Below are positions 54,301-64,000 of a stretch of DNA of 64,000 nucleotides, in pieces. This DNA comes from Naegleria gruberi (lineage: Eukaryota), in NCBI GenBank assembly GCA_000004985.1, contig GG738849.1. One strand, 5' to 3'. Made by a program: the position numbers and the translations under genes. Below the pieces are notes generated by a model. It saw only the letters and a program-made list of their open reading frames with translations, had not been told where the DNA came from and ran no database searches. Position 1 is the stretch's first letter. Each line of letters starts with the position of its first letter.

Positions 54301-57300
54301 NNNNNNNNNNNNNNNNNNNNNNNNNNNNNNNNNNNNNNNNNNNNNNNNNNNNNNNNNNNNNNNNNNNNNNNNNNNNNNNNNNNNNNNNNNNNNNNNNNNN
54401 NNNNNNNNNNNNNNNNNNNNNNNNNNNNNNNNNNNNNNNNNNNNNNNNNNNNNNNNNNNNNNNNNNNNNNNNNNNNNNNNNNNNNNNNNNNNNNNNNNNN
54501 NNNNNNNNNNNNNNNNNNNNNNNNNNNNNNNNNNNNNNNNNNNNNNNNNNNNNNNNNNNNNNNNNNNNNNNNNNNNNNNNNNNNNNNNNNNNNNNNNNNN
54601 NNNNNNNNNNNNNNNNNNNNNNNNNNNNNNNNNNNNNNNNNNNNNNNNNNNNNNNNNNNNNNNNNNNNNNNNNNNNNNNNNNNNNNNNNNNNNNNNNNNN
54701 NNNNNNNNNNNNNNNNNNNNNNNNNNNNNNNNNNNNNNNNNNNNNNNNNNNNNNNNNNNNNNNNNNNNNNNNNNNNNNNNNNNNNNNNNNNNNNNNNNNN
54801 NNNNNNNNNNNNNNNNNNNNNNNNNNNNNNNNNNNNNNNNNNNNNNNNNNNNNNNNNNNNNNNNNNNNNNNNNNNNNNNNNNNNNNNNNNNNNNNNNNNN
54901 NNNNNNNNNNNNNNNNNNNNNNNNNNNNNNNNNNNNNNNNNNNNNNNNNNNNNNNNNNNNNNNNNNNNNNNNNNNNNNNNNNNNNNNNNNNNNNNNNNNN
55001 NNNNNNNNNNNNNNNNNNNNNNNNNNNNNNNNNNNNNNNNNNNNNNNNNNNNNNNNNNNNNNNNNNNNNNNNNNNNNNNNNNNNNNNNNNNNNNNNNNNN
55101 NNNNNNNNNNNNNNNNNNNNNNNNNNNNNNNNNNNNNNNNNNNNNNNNNNNNNNNNNNNNNNNNNNNNNNNNNNNNNNNNNNNNNNNNNNNNNNNNNNNN
55201 NNNNNNNNNNNNNNNNNNNNNNNNNNNNNNNNNNNNNNNNNNNNNNNNNNNNNNNNNNNNNNNNNNNNNNNNNNNNNNNNNNNNNNNNNNNNNNNNNNNN
55301 NNNNNNNNNNNNNNNNNNNNNNNNNNNNNNNNNNNNNNNNNNNNNNNNNNNNNNNNNNNNNNNNNNNNNNNNNNNNNNNNNNNNNNNNNNNNNNNNNNNN
55401 NNNNNNNNNNNNNNNNNNNNNNNNNNNNNNNNNNNNNNNNNNNNNNNNNNNNNNNNNNNNNNNNNNNNNNNNNNNNNNNNNNNNNNNNNNNNNNNNNNNN
55501 NNNNNNNNNNNNNNNNNNNNNNNNNNNNNNNNNNNNNNNNNNNNNNNNNNNNNNNNNNNNNNNNNNNNNNNNNNNNNNNNNNNNNNNNNNNNNNNNNNNN
55601 NNNNNNNNNNNNNNNNNNNNNNNNNNNNNNNNNNNNNNNNNNNNNNNNNNNNNNNNNNNNNNNNNNNNNNNNNNNNNNNNNNNNNNNNNNNNNNNNNNNN
55701 NNNNNNNNNNNNNNNNNNNNNNNNNNNNNNNNNNNNNNNNNNNNNNNNNNNNNNNNNNNNNNNNNNNNNNNNNNNNNNNNNNNNNNNNNNNNNNNNNNNN
55801 NNNNNNNNNNNNNNNNNNNNNNNNNNNNNNNNNNNNNNNNNNNNNNNNNNNNNNNNNNNNNNNNNNNNNNNNNNNNNNNNNNNNNNNNNNNNNNNNNNNN
55901 NNNNNNNNNNNNNNNNNNNNNNNNNNNNNNNNNNNNNNNNNNNNNNNNNNNNNNNNNNNNNNNNNNNNNNNNNNNNNNNNNNNNNNNNNNNNNNNNNNNN
56001 NNNNNNNNNNNNNNNNNNNNNNNNNNNNNNNNNNNNNNNNNNNNNNNNNNNNNNNNNNNNNNNNNNNNNNNNNNNNNNNNNNNNNNNNNNNNNNNNNNNN
56101 NNNNNNNNNNNNNNNNNNNNNNNNNNNNNNNNNNNNNNNNNNNNNNNNNNNNNNNNNNNNNNNNNNNNNNNNNNNNNNNNNNNNNNNNNNNNNNNNNNNN
56201 NNNNNNNNNNNNNNNNNNNNNNNNNNNNNNNNNNNNNNNNNNNNNNNNNNNNNNNNNNNNNNNNNNNNNNNNNNNNNNNNNNNNNNNNNNNNNNNNNNNN
56301 NNNNNNNNNNNNNNNNNNNNNNNNNNNNNNNNNNNNNNNNNNNNNNNNNNNNNNNNNNNNNNNNNNNNNNNNNNNNNNNNNNNNNNNNNNNNNNNNNNNN
56401 NNNNNNNNNNNNNNNNNNNNNNNNNNNNNNNNNNNNNNNNNNNNNNNNNNNNNNNNNNNNNNNNNNNNNNNNNNNNNNNNNNNNNNNNNNNNNNNNNNNN
56501 NNNNNNNNNNNNNNNNNNNNNNNNNNNNNNNNNNNNNNNNNNNNNNNNNNNNNNNNNNNNNNNNNNNNNNNNNNNNNNNNNNNNNNNNNNNNNNNNNNNN
56601 NNNNNNNNNNNNNNNNNNNNNNNNNNNNNNNNNNNNNNNNNNNNNNNNNNNNNNNNNNNNNNNNNNNNNNNNNNNNNNNNNNNNNNNNNNNNNNNNNNNN
56701 NNNNNNNNNNNNNNNNNNNNNNNNNNNNNNNNNNNNNNNNNNNNNNNNNNNNNNNNNNNNNNNNNNNNNNNNNNNNNNNNNNNNNNNNNNNNNNNNNNNN
56801 NNNNNNNNNNNNNNNNNNNNNNNNNNNNNNNNNNNNNNNNNNNNNNNNNNNNNNNNNNNNNNNNNNNNNNNNNNNNNNNNNNNNNNNNNNNNNNNNNNNN
56901 NNNNNNNNNNNNNNNNNNNNNNNNNNNNNNNNNNNNNNNNNNNNNNNNNNNNNNNNNNNNNNNNNNNNNNNNNNNNNNNNNNNNNNNNNNNNNNNNNNNN
57001 NNNNNNNNNNNNNNNNNNNNNNNNNNNNNNNNNNNNNNNNNNNNNNNNNNNNNNNNNNNNNNNNNNNNNNNNNNNNNNNNNNNNNNNNNNNNNNNNNNNN
57101 NNNNNNNNNNNNNNNNNNNNNNNNNNNNNNNNNNNNNNNNNNNNNNNNNNNNNNNNNNNNNNNNNNNNNNNNNNNNNNNNNNNNNNNNNNNNNNNNNNNN
57201 NNNNNNNNNNNNNNNNNNNNNNNNNNNNNNNNNNNNNNNNNNNNNNNNNNNNNNNNNNNNNNNNNNNNNNNNNNNNNNNNNNNNNNNNNNNNNNNNNNNN

Positions 57301-60300
57301 NNNNNNNNNNNNNNNNNNNNNNNNNNNNNNNNNNNNNNNNNNNNNNNNNNNNNNNNNNNNNNNNNNNNNNNNNNNNNNNNNNNNNNNNNNNNNNNNNNNN
57401 NNNNNNNNNNNNNNNNNNNNNNNNNNNNNNNNNNNNNNNNNNNNNNNNNNNNNNNNNNNNNNNNNNNNNNNNNNNNNNNNNNNNNNNNNNNNNNNNNNNN
57501 NNNNNNNNNNNNNNNNNNNNNNNNNNNNNNNNNNNNNNNNNNNNNNNNNNNNNNNNNNNNNNNNNNNNNNNNNNNNNNNNNNNNNNNNNNNNNNNNNNNN
57601 NNNNNNNNNNNNNNNNNNNNNNNNNNNNNNNNNNNNNNNNNNNNNNNNNNNNNNNNNNNNNNNNNNNNNNNNNNNNNNNNNNNNNNNNNNNNNNNNNNNN
57701 NNNNNNNNNNNNNNNNNNNNNNNNNNNNNNNNNNNNNNNNNNNNNNNNNNNNNNNNNNNNNNNNNNNNNNNNNNNNNNNNNNNNNNNNNNNNNNNNNNNN
57801 NNNNNNNNNNNNNNNNNNNNNNNNNNNNNNNNNNNNNNNNNNNNNNNNNNNNNNNNNNNNNNNNNNNNNNNNNNNNNNNNNNNNNNNNNNNNNNNNNNNN
57901 NNNNNNNNNNNNNNNNNNNNNNNNNNNNNNNNNNNNNNNNNNNNNNNNNNNNNNNNNNNNNNNNNNNNNNNNNNNNNNNNNNNNNNNNNNNNNNNNNNNN
58001 NNNNNNNNNNNNNNNNNNNNNNNNNNNNNNNNNNNNNNNNNNNNNNNNNNNNNNNNNNNNNNNNNNNNNNNNNNNNNNNNNNNNNNNNNNNNNNNNNNNN
58101 NNNNNNNNNNNNNNNNNNNNNNNNNNNNNNNNNNNNNNNNNNNNNNNNNNNNNNNNNNNNNNNNNNNNNNNNNNNNNNNNNNNNNNNNNNNNNNNNNNNN
58201 NNNNNNNNNNNNNNNNNNNNNNNNNNNNNNNNNNNNNNNNNNNNNNNNNNNNNNNNNNNNNNNNNNNNNNNNNNNNNNNNNNNNNNNNNNNNNNNNNNNN
58301 NNNNNNNNNNNNNNNNNNNNNNNNNNNNNNNNNNNNNNNNNNNNNNNNNNNNNNNNNNNNNNNNNNNNNNNNNNNNNNNNNNNNNNNNNNNNNNNNNNNN
58401 NNNNNNNNNNNNNNNNNNNNNNNNNNNNNNNNNNNNNNNNNNNNNNNNNNNNNNNNNNNNNNNNNNNNNNNNNNNNNNNNNNNNNNNNNNNNNNNNNNNN
58501 NNNNNNNNNNNNNNNNNNNNNNNNNNNNNNNNNNNNNNNNNNNNNNNNNNNNNNNNNNNNNNNNNNNNNNNNNNNNNNNNNNNNNNNNNNNNNNNNNNNN
58601 NNNNNNNNNNNNNNNNNNNNNNNNNNNNNNNNNNNNNNNNNNNNNNNNNNNNNNNNNNNNNNNNNNNNNNNNNNNNNNNNNNNNNNNNNNNNNNNNNNNN
58701 NNNNNNNNNNNNNNNNNNNNNNNNNNNNNNNNNNNNNNNNNNNNNNNNNNNNNNNNNNNNNNNNNNNNNNNNNNNNNNNNNNNNNNNNNNNNNNNNNNNN
58801 NNNNNNNNNNNNNNNNNNNNNNNNNNNNNNNNNNNNNNNNNNNNNNNNNNNNNNNNNNNNNNNNNNNNNNNNNNNNNNNNNNNNNNNNNNNNNNNNNNNN
58901 NNNNNNNNNNNNNNNNNNNNNNNNNNNNNNNNNNNNNNNNNNNNNNNNNNNNNNNNNNNNNNNNNNNNNNNNNNNNNNNNNNNNNNNNNNNNNNNNNNNN
59001 NNNNNNNNNNNNNNNNNNNNNNNNNNNNNNNNNNNNNNNNNNNNNNNNNNNNNNNNNNNNNNNNNNNNNNNNNNNNNNNNNNNNNNNNNNNNNNNNNNNN
59101 NNNNNNNNNNNNNNNNNNNNNNNNNNNNNNNNNNNNNNNNNNNNNNNNNNNNNNNNNNNNNNNNNNNNNNNNNNNNNNNNNNNNNNNNNNNNNNNNNNNN
59201 NNNNNNNNNNNNNNNNNNNNNNNNNNNNNNNNNNNNNNNNNNNNNNNNNNNNNNNNNNNNNNNNNNNNNNNNNNNNNNNNNNNNNNNNNNNNNNNNNNNN
59301 NNNNNNNNNNNNNNNNNNNNNNNNNNNNNNNNNNNNNNNNNNNNNNNNNNNNNNNNNNNNNNNNNNNNNNNNNNNNNNNNNNNNNNNNNNNNNNNNNNNN
59401 NNNNNNNNNNNNNNNNNNNNNNNNNNNNNNNNNNNNNNNNNNNNNNNNNNNNNNNNNNNNNNNNNNNNNNNNNNNNNNNNNNNNNNNNNNNNNNNNNNNN
59501 NNNNNNNNNNNNNNNNNNNNNNNNNNNNNNNNNNNNNNNNNNNNNNNNNNNNNNNNNNNNNNNNNNNNNNNNNNNNNNNNNNNNNNNNNNNNNNNNNNNN
59601 NNNNNNNNNNNNNNNNNNNNNNNNNNNNNNNNNNNNNNNNNNNNNNNNNNNNNNNNNNNNNNNNNNNNNNNNNNNNNNNNNNNNNNNNNNNNNNNNNNNN
59701 NNNNNNNNNNNNNNNNNNNNNNNNNNNNNNNNNNNNNNNNNNNNNNNNNNNNNNNNNNNNNNNNNNNNNNNNNNNNNNNNNNNNNNNNNNNNNNNNNNNN
59801 NNNNNNNNNNNNNNNNNNNNNNNNNNNNNNNNNNNNNNNNNNNNNNNNNNNNNNNNNNNNNNNNNNNNNNNNNNNNNNNNNNNNNNNNNNNNNNNNNNNN
59901 NNNNNNNNNNNNNNNNNNNNNNNNNNNNNNNNNNNNNNNNNNNNNNNNNNNNNNNNNNNNNNNNNNNNNNNNNNNNNNNNNNNNNNNNNNNNNNNNNNNN
60001 NNNNNNNNNNNNNNNNNNNNNNNNNNNNNNNNNNNNNNNNNNNNNNNNNNNNNNNNNNNNNNNNNNNNNNNNNNNNNNNNNNNNNNNNNNNNNNNNNNNN
60101 NNNNNNNNNNNNNNNNNNNNNNNNNNNNNNNNNNNNNNNNNNNNNNNNNNNNNNNNNNNNNNNNNNNNNNNNNNNNNNNNNNNNNNNNNNNNNNNNNNNN
60201 NNNNNNNNNNNNNNNNNNNNNNNNNNNNNNNNNNNNNNNNNNNNNNNNNNNNNNNNNNNNNNNNNNNNNNNNNNNNNNNNNNNNNNNNNNNNNNNNNNNN

Positions 60301-63300
60301 NNNNNNNNNNNNNNNNNNNNNNNNNNNNNNNNNNNNNNNNNNNNNNNNNNNNNNNNNNNNNNNNNNNNNNNNNNNNNNNNNNNNNNNNNNNNNNNNNNNN
60401 NNNNNNNNNNNNNNNNNNNNNNNNNNNNNNNNNNNNNNNNNNNNNNNNNNNNNNNNNNNNNNNNNNNNNNNNNNNNNNNNNNNNNNNNNNNNNNNNNNNN
60501 NNNNNNNNNNNNNNNNNNNNNNNNNNNNNNNNNNNNNNNNNNNNNNNNNNNNNNNNNNNNNNNNNNNNNNNNNNNNNNNNNNNNNNNNNNNNNNNNNNNN
60601 NNNNNNNNNNNNNNNNNNNNNNNNNNNNNNNNNNNNNNNNNNNNNNNNNNNNNNNNNNNNNNNNNNNNNNNNNNNNNNNNNNNNNNNNNNNNNNNNNNNN
60701 NNNNNNNNNNNNNNNNNNNNNNNNNNNNNNNNNNNNNNNNNNNNNNNNNNNNNNNNNNNNNNNNNNNNNNNNNNNNNNNNNNNNNNNNNNNNNNNNNNNN
60801 NNNNNNNNNNNNNNNNNNNNNNNNNNNNNNNNNNNNNNNNNNNNNNNNNNNNNNNNNNNNNNNNNNNNNNNNNNNNNNNNNNNNNNNNNNNNNNNNNNNN
60901 NNNNNNNNNNNNNNNNNNNNNNNNNNNNNNNNNNNNNNNNNNNNNNNNNNNNNNNNNNNNNNNNNNNNNNNNNNNNNNNNNNNNNNNNNNNNNNNNNNNN
61001 NNNNNNNNNNNNNNNNNNNNNNNNNNNNNNNNNNNNNNNNNNNNNNNNNNNNNNNNNNNNNNNNNNNNNNNNNNNNNNNNNNNNNNNNNNNNNNNNNNNN
61101 NNNNNNNNNNNNNNNNNNNNNNNNNNNNNNNNNNNNNNNNNNNNNNNNNNNNNNNNNNNNNNNNNNNNNNNNNNNNNNNNNNNNNNNNNNNNNNNNNNNN
61201 NNNNNNNNNNNNNNNNNNNNNNNNNNNNNNNNNNNNNNNNNNNNNNNNNNNNNNNNNNNNNNNNNNNNNNNNNNNNNNNNNNNNNNNNNNNNNNNNNNNN
61301 NNNNNNNNNNNNNNNNNNNNNNNNNNNNNNNNNNNNNNNNNNNNNNNNNNNNNNNNNNNNNNNNNNNNNNNNNNNNNNNNNNNNNNNNNNNNNNNNNNNN
61401 NNNNNNNNNNNNNNNNNNNNNNNNNNNNNNNNNNNNNNNNNNNNNNNNNNNNNNNNNNNNNNNNNNNNNNNNNNNNNNNNNNNNNNNNNNNNNNNNNNNN
61501 NNNNNNNNNNNNNNNNNNNNNNNNNNNNNNNNNNNNNNNNNNNNNNNNNNNNNNNNNNNNNNNNNNNNNNNNNNNNNNNNNNNNNNNNNNNNNNNNNNNN
61601 NNNNNNNNNNNNNNNNNNNNNNNNNNNNNNNNNNNNNNNNNNNNNNNNNNNNNNNNNNNNNNNNNNNNNNNNNNNNNNNNNNNNNNNNNNNNNNNNNNNN
61701 NNNNNNNNNNNNNNNNNNNNNNNNNNNNNNNNNNNNNNNNNNNNNNNNNNNNNNNNNNNNNNNNNNNNNNNNNNNNNNNNNNNNNNNNNNNNNNNNNNNN
61801 NNNNNNNNNNNNNNNNNNNNNNNNNNNNNNNNNNNNNNNNNNNNNNNNNNNNNNNNNNNNNNNNNNNNNNNNNNNNNNNNNNNNNNNNNNNNNNNNNNNN
61901 NNNNNNNNNNNNNNNNNNNNNNNNNNNNNNNNNNNNNNNNNNNNNNNNNNNNNNNNNNNNNNNNNNNNNNNNNNNNNNNNNNNNNNNNNNNNNNNNNNNN
62001 NNNNNNNNNNNNNNNNNNNNNNNNNNNNNNNNNNNNNNNNNNNNNNNNNNNNNNNNNNNNNNNNNNNNNNNNNNNNNNNNNNNNNNNNNNNNNNNNNNNN
62101 NNNNNNNNNNNNNNNNNNNNNNNNNNNNNNNNNNNNNNNNNNNNNNNNNNNNNNNNNNNNNNNNNNNNNNNNNNNNNNNNNNNNNNNNNNNNNNNNNNNN
62201 NNNNNNNNNNNNNNNNNNNNNNNNNNNNNNNNNNNNNNNNNNNNNNNNNNNNNNNNNNNNNNNNNNNNNNNNNNNNNNNNNNNNNNNNNNNNNNNNNNNN
62301 NNNNNNNNNNNNNNNNNNNNNNNNNNNNNNNNNNNNNNNNNNNNNNNNNNNNNNNNNNNNNNNNNNNNNNNNNNNNNNNNNNNNNNNNNNNNNNNNNNNN
62401 NNNNNNNNNNNNNNNNNNNNNNNNNNNNNNNNNNNNNNNNNNNNNNNNNNNNNNNNNNNNNNNNNNNNNNNNNNNNNNNNNNNNNNNNNNNNNNNNNNNN
62501 NNNNNNNNNNNNNNNNNNNNNNNNNNNNNNNNNNNNNNNNNNNNNNNNNNNNNNNNNNNNNNNNNNNNNNNNNNNNNNNNNNNNNNNNNNNNNNNNNNNN
62601 NNNNNNNNNNNNNNNNNNNNNNNNNNNNNNNNNNNNNNNNNNNNNNNNNNNNNNNNNNNNNNNNNNNNNNNNNNNNNNNNNNNNNNNNNNNNNNNNNNNN
62701 NNNNNNNNNNNNNNNNNNNNNNNNNNNNNNNNNNNNNNNNNNNNNNNNNNNNNNNNNNNNNNNNNNNNNNNNNNNNNNNNNNNNNNNNNNNNNNNNNNNN
62801 NNNNNNNNNNNNNNNNNNNNNNNNNNNNNNNNNNNNNNNNNNNNNNNNNNNNNNNNNNNNNNNNNNNNNNNNNNNNNNNNNNNNNNNNNNNNNNNNNNNN
62901 NNNNNNNNNNNNNNNNNNNNNNNNNNNNNNNNNNNNNNNNNNNNNNNNNNNNNNNNNNNNNNNNNNNNNNNNNNNNNNNNNNNNNNNNNNNNNNNNNNNN
63001 NNNNNNNNNNNNNNNNNNNNNNNNNNNNNNNNNNNNNNNNNNNNNNNNNNNNNNNNNNNNNNNNNNNNNNNNNNNNNNNNNNNNNNNNNNNNNNNNNNNN
63101 NNNNNNNNNNNNNNNNNNNNNNNNNNNNNNNNNNNNNNNNNNNNNNNNNNNNNNNNNNNNNNNNNNNNNNNNNNNNNNNNNNNNNNNNNNNNNNNNNNNN
63201 NNNNNNNNNNNNNNNNNNNNNNNNNNNNNNNNNNNNNNNNNNNNNNNNNNNNNNNNNNNNNNNNNNNNNNNNNNNNNNNNNNNNNNNNNNNNNNNNNNNN

Positions 63301-64000
63301 NNNNNNNNNNNNNNNNNNNNNNNNNNNNNNNNNNNNNNNNNNNNNNNNNNNNNNNNNNNNNNNNNNNNNNNNNNNNNNNNNNNNNNNNNNNNNNNNNNNN
63401 NNNNNNNNNNNNNNNNNNNNNNNNNNNNNNNNNNNNNNNNNNNNNNNNNNNNNNNNNNNNNNNNNNNNNNNNNNNNNNNNNNNNNNNNNNNNNNNNNNNN
63501 NNNNNNNNNNNNNNNNNNNNNNNNNNNNNNNNNNNNNNNNNNNNNNNNNNNNNNNNNNNNNNNNNNNNNNNNNNNNNNNNNNNNNNNNNNNNNNNNNNNN
63601 NNNNNNNNNNNNNNNNNNNNNNNNNNNNNNNNNNNNNNNNNNNNNNNNNNNNNNNNNNNNNNNNNNNNNNNNNNNNNNNNNNNNNNNNNNNNNNNNNNNN
63701 NNNNNNNNNNNNNNNNNNNNNNNNNNNNNNNNNNNNNNNNNNNNNNNNNNNNNNNNNNNNNNNNNNNNNNNNNNNNNNNNNNNNNNNNNNNNNNNNNNNN
63801 NNNNNNNNNNNNNNNNNNNNNNNNNNNNNNNNNNNNNNNNNNNNNNNNNNNNNNNNNNNNNNNNNNNNNNNNNNNNNNNNNNNNNNNNNNNNNNNNNNNN
63901 NNNNNNNNNNNNNNNNNNNNNNNNNNNNNNNNNNNNNNNNNNNNNNNNNNNNNNNNNNNNNNNNNNNNNNNNNNNNNNNNNNNNNNNNNNNNNNNNNNNN
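12333..64000. other. Assembly gap: 51,668 consecutive N, about 81% of the window.
   Basis: It is a literal n run to the end of the window, so no features can be called there. Confidence 1.

Overview
Only about 12.3 kb of this window is real sequence. Positions 12333-64000 are one continuous run of N, roughly 81% of the window, and a second 50-N gap at 11488-11537 interrupts a gene. The readable part is AT-rich eukaryotic nuclear DNA (roughly 30-35% GC by eye), gene-dense (a gene every ~2.5 kb) with very small spliceosomal introns of 45-140 nt. Intron donors are GTTTGT or GTAAGT, acceptors are mostly TAG, and stops use TAA, TGA and TAG, so the code is standard. Nothing prokaryotic (no CRISPR, operons or rRNA) and no tRNA genes are visible. 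By hand-splicing the six-frame ORFs I support five gene models plus two partial ones. (1) A secreted DOMON-domain ferric-reductase / NADPH-oxidase-like flavocytochrome on the + strand, in 2 exons. (2) An F-box protein fused to a degenerate Arf/Arl-like P-loop domain on the + strand, in 2 exons. (3) A large (~1250 aa) C-terminal ankyrin-repeat protein on the - strand, in 5 exons at 3998-8048. (4) A receptor-type TKL Ser/Thr kinase on the - strand at 8430 to beyond 11487. Its extracellular domain is built of Chlamydia-PMP-like GGA[IL] beta-helix repeats, and the gene is interrupted by the 50-N gap. A candidate signal-peptide exon lies at 11880-11939. (5) The C-terminal 80 codons of a proteasome alpha subunit on the - strand at 12088-12330, truncated by the big gap. 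In addition, there is a possible C-terminal fragment of an upstream gene at 1-264. A ~120-nt near-identical copy of the kinase gene's last ~25 codons plus 3' UTR sits 4.6 kb away at ~3685-3800 and reads as a duplication relic (pseudogene fragment). I could not assign the organism. The intron signature and PMP-repeat/TKL content fit an AT-rich protist (amoebozoan-like) or early-diverging fungus. I see no evidence of a novel multi-gene system. The most unusual items are single-gene domain architectures.
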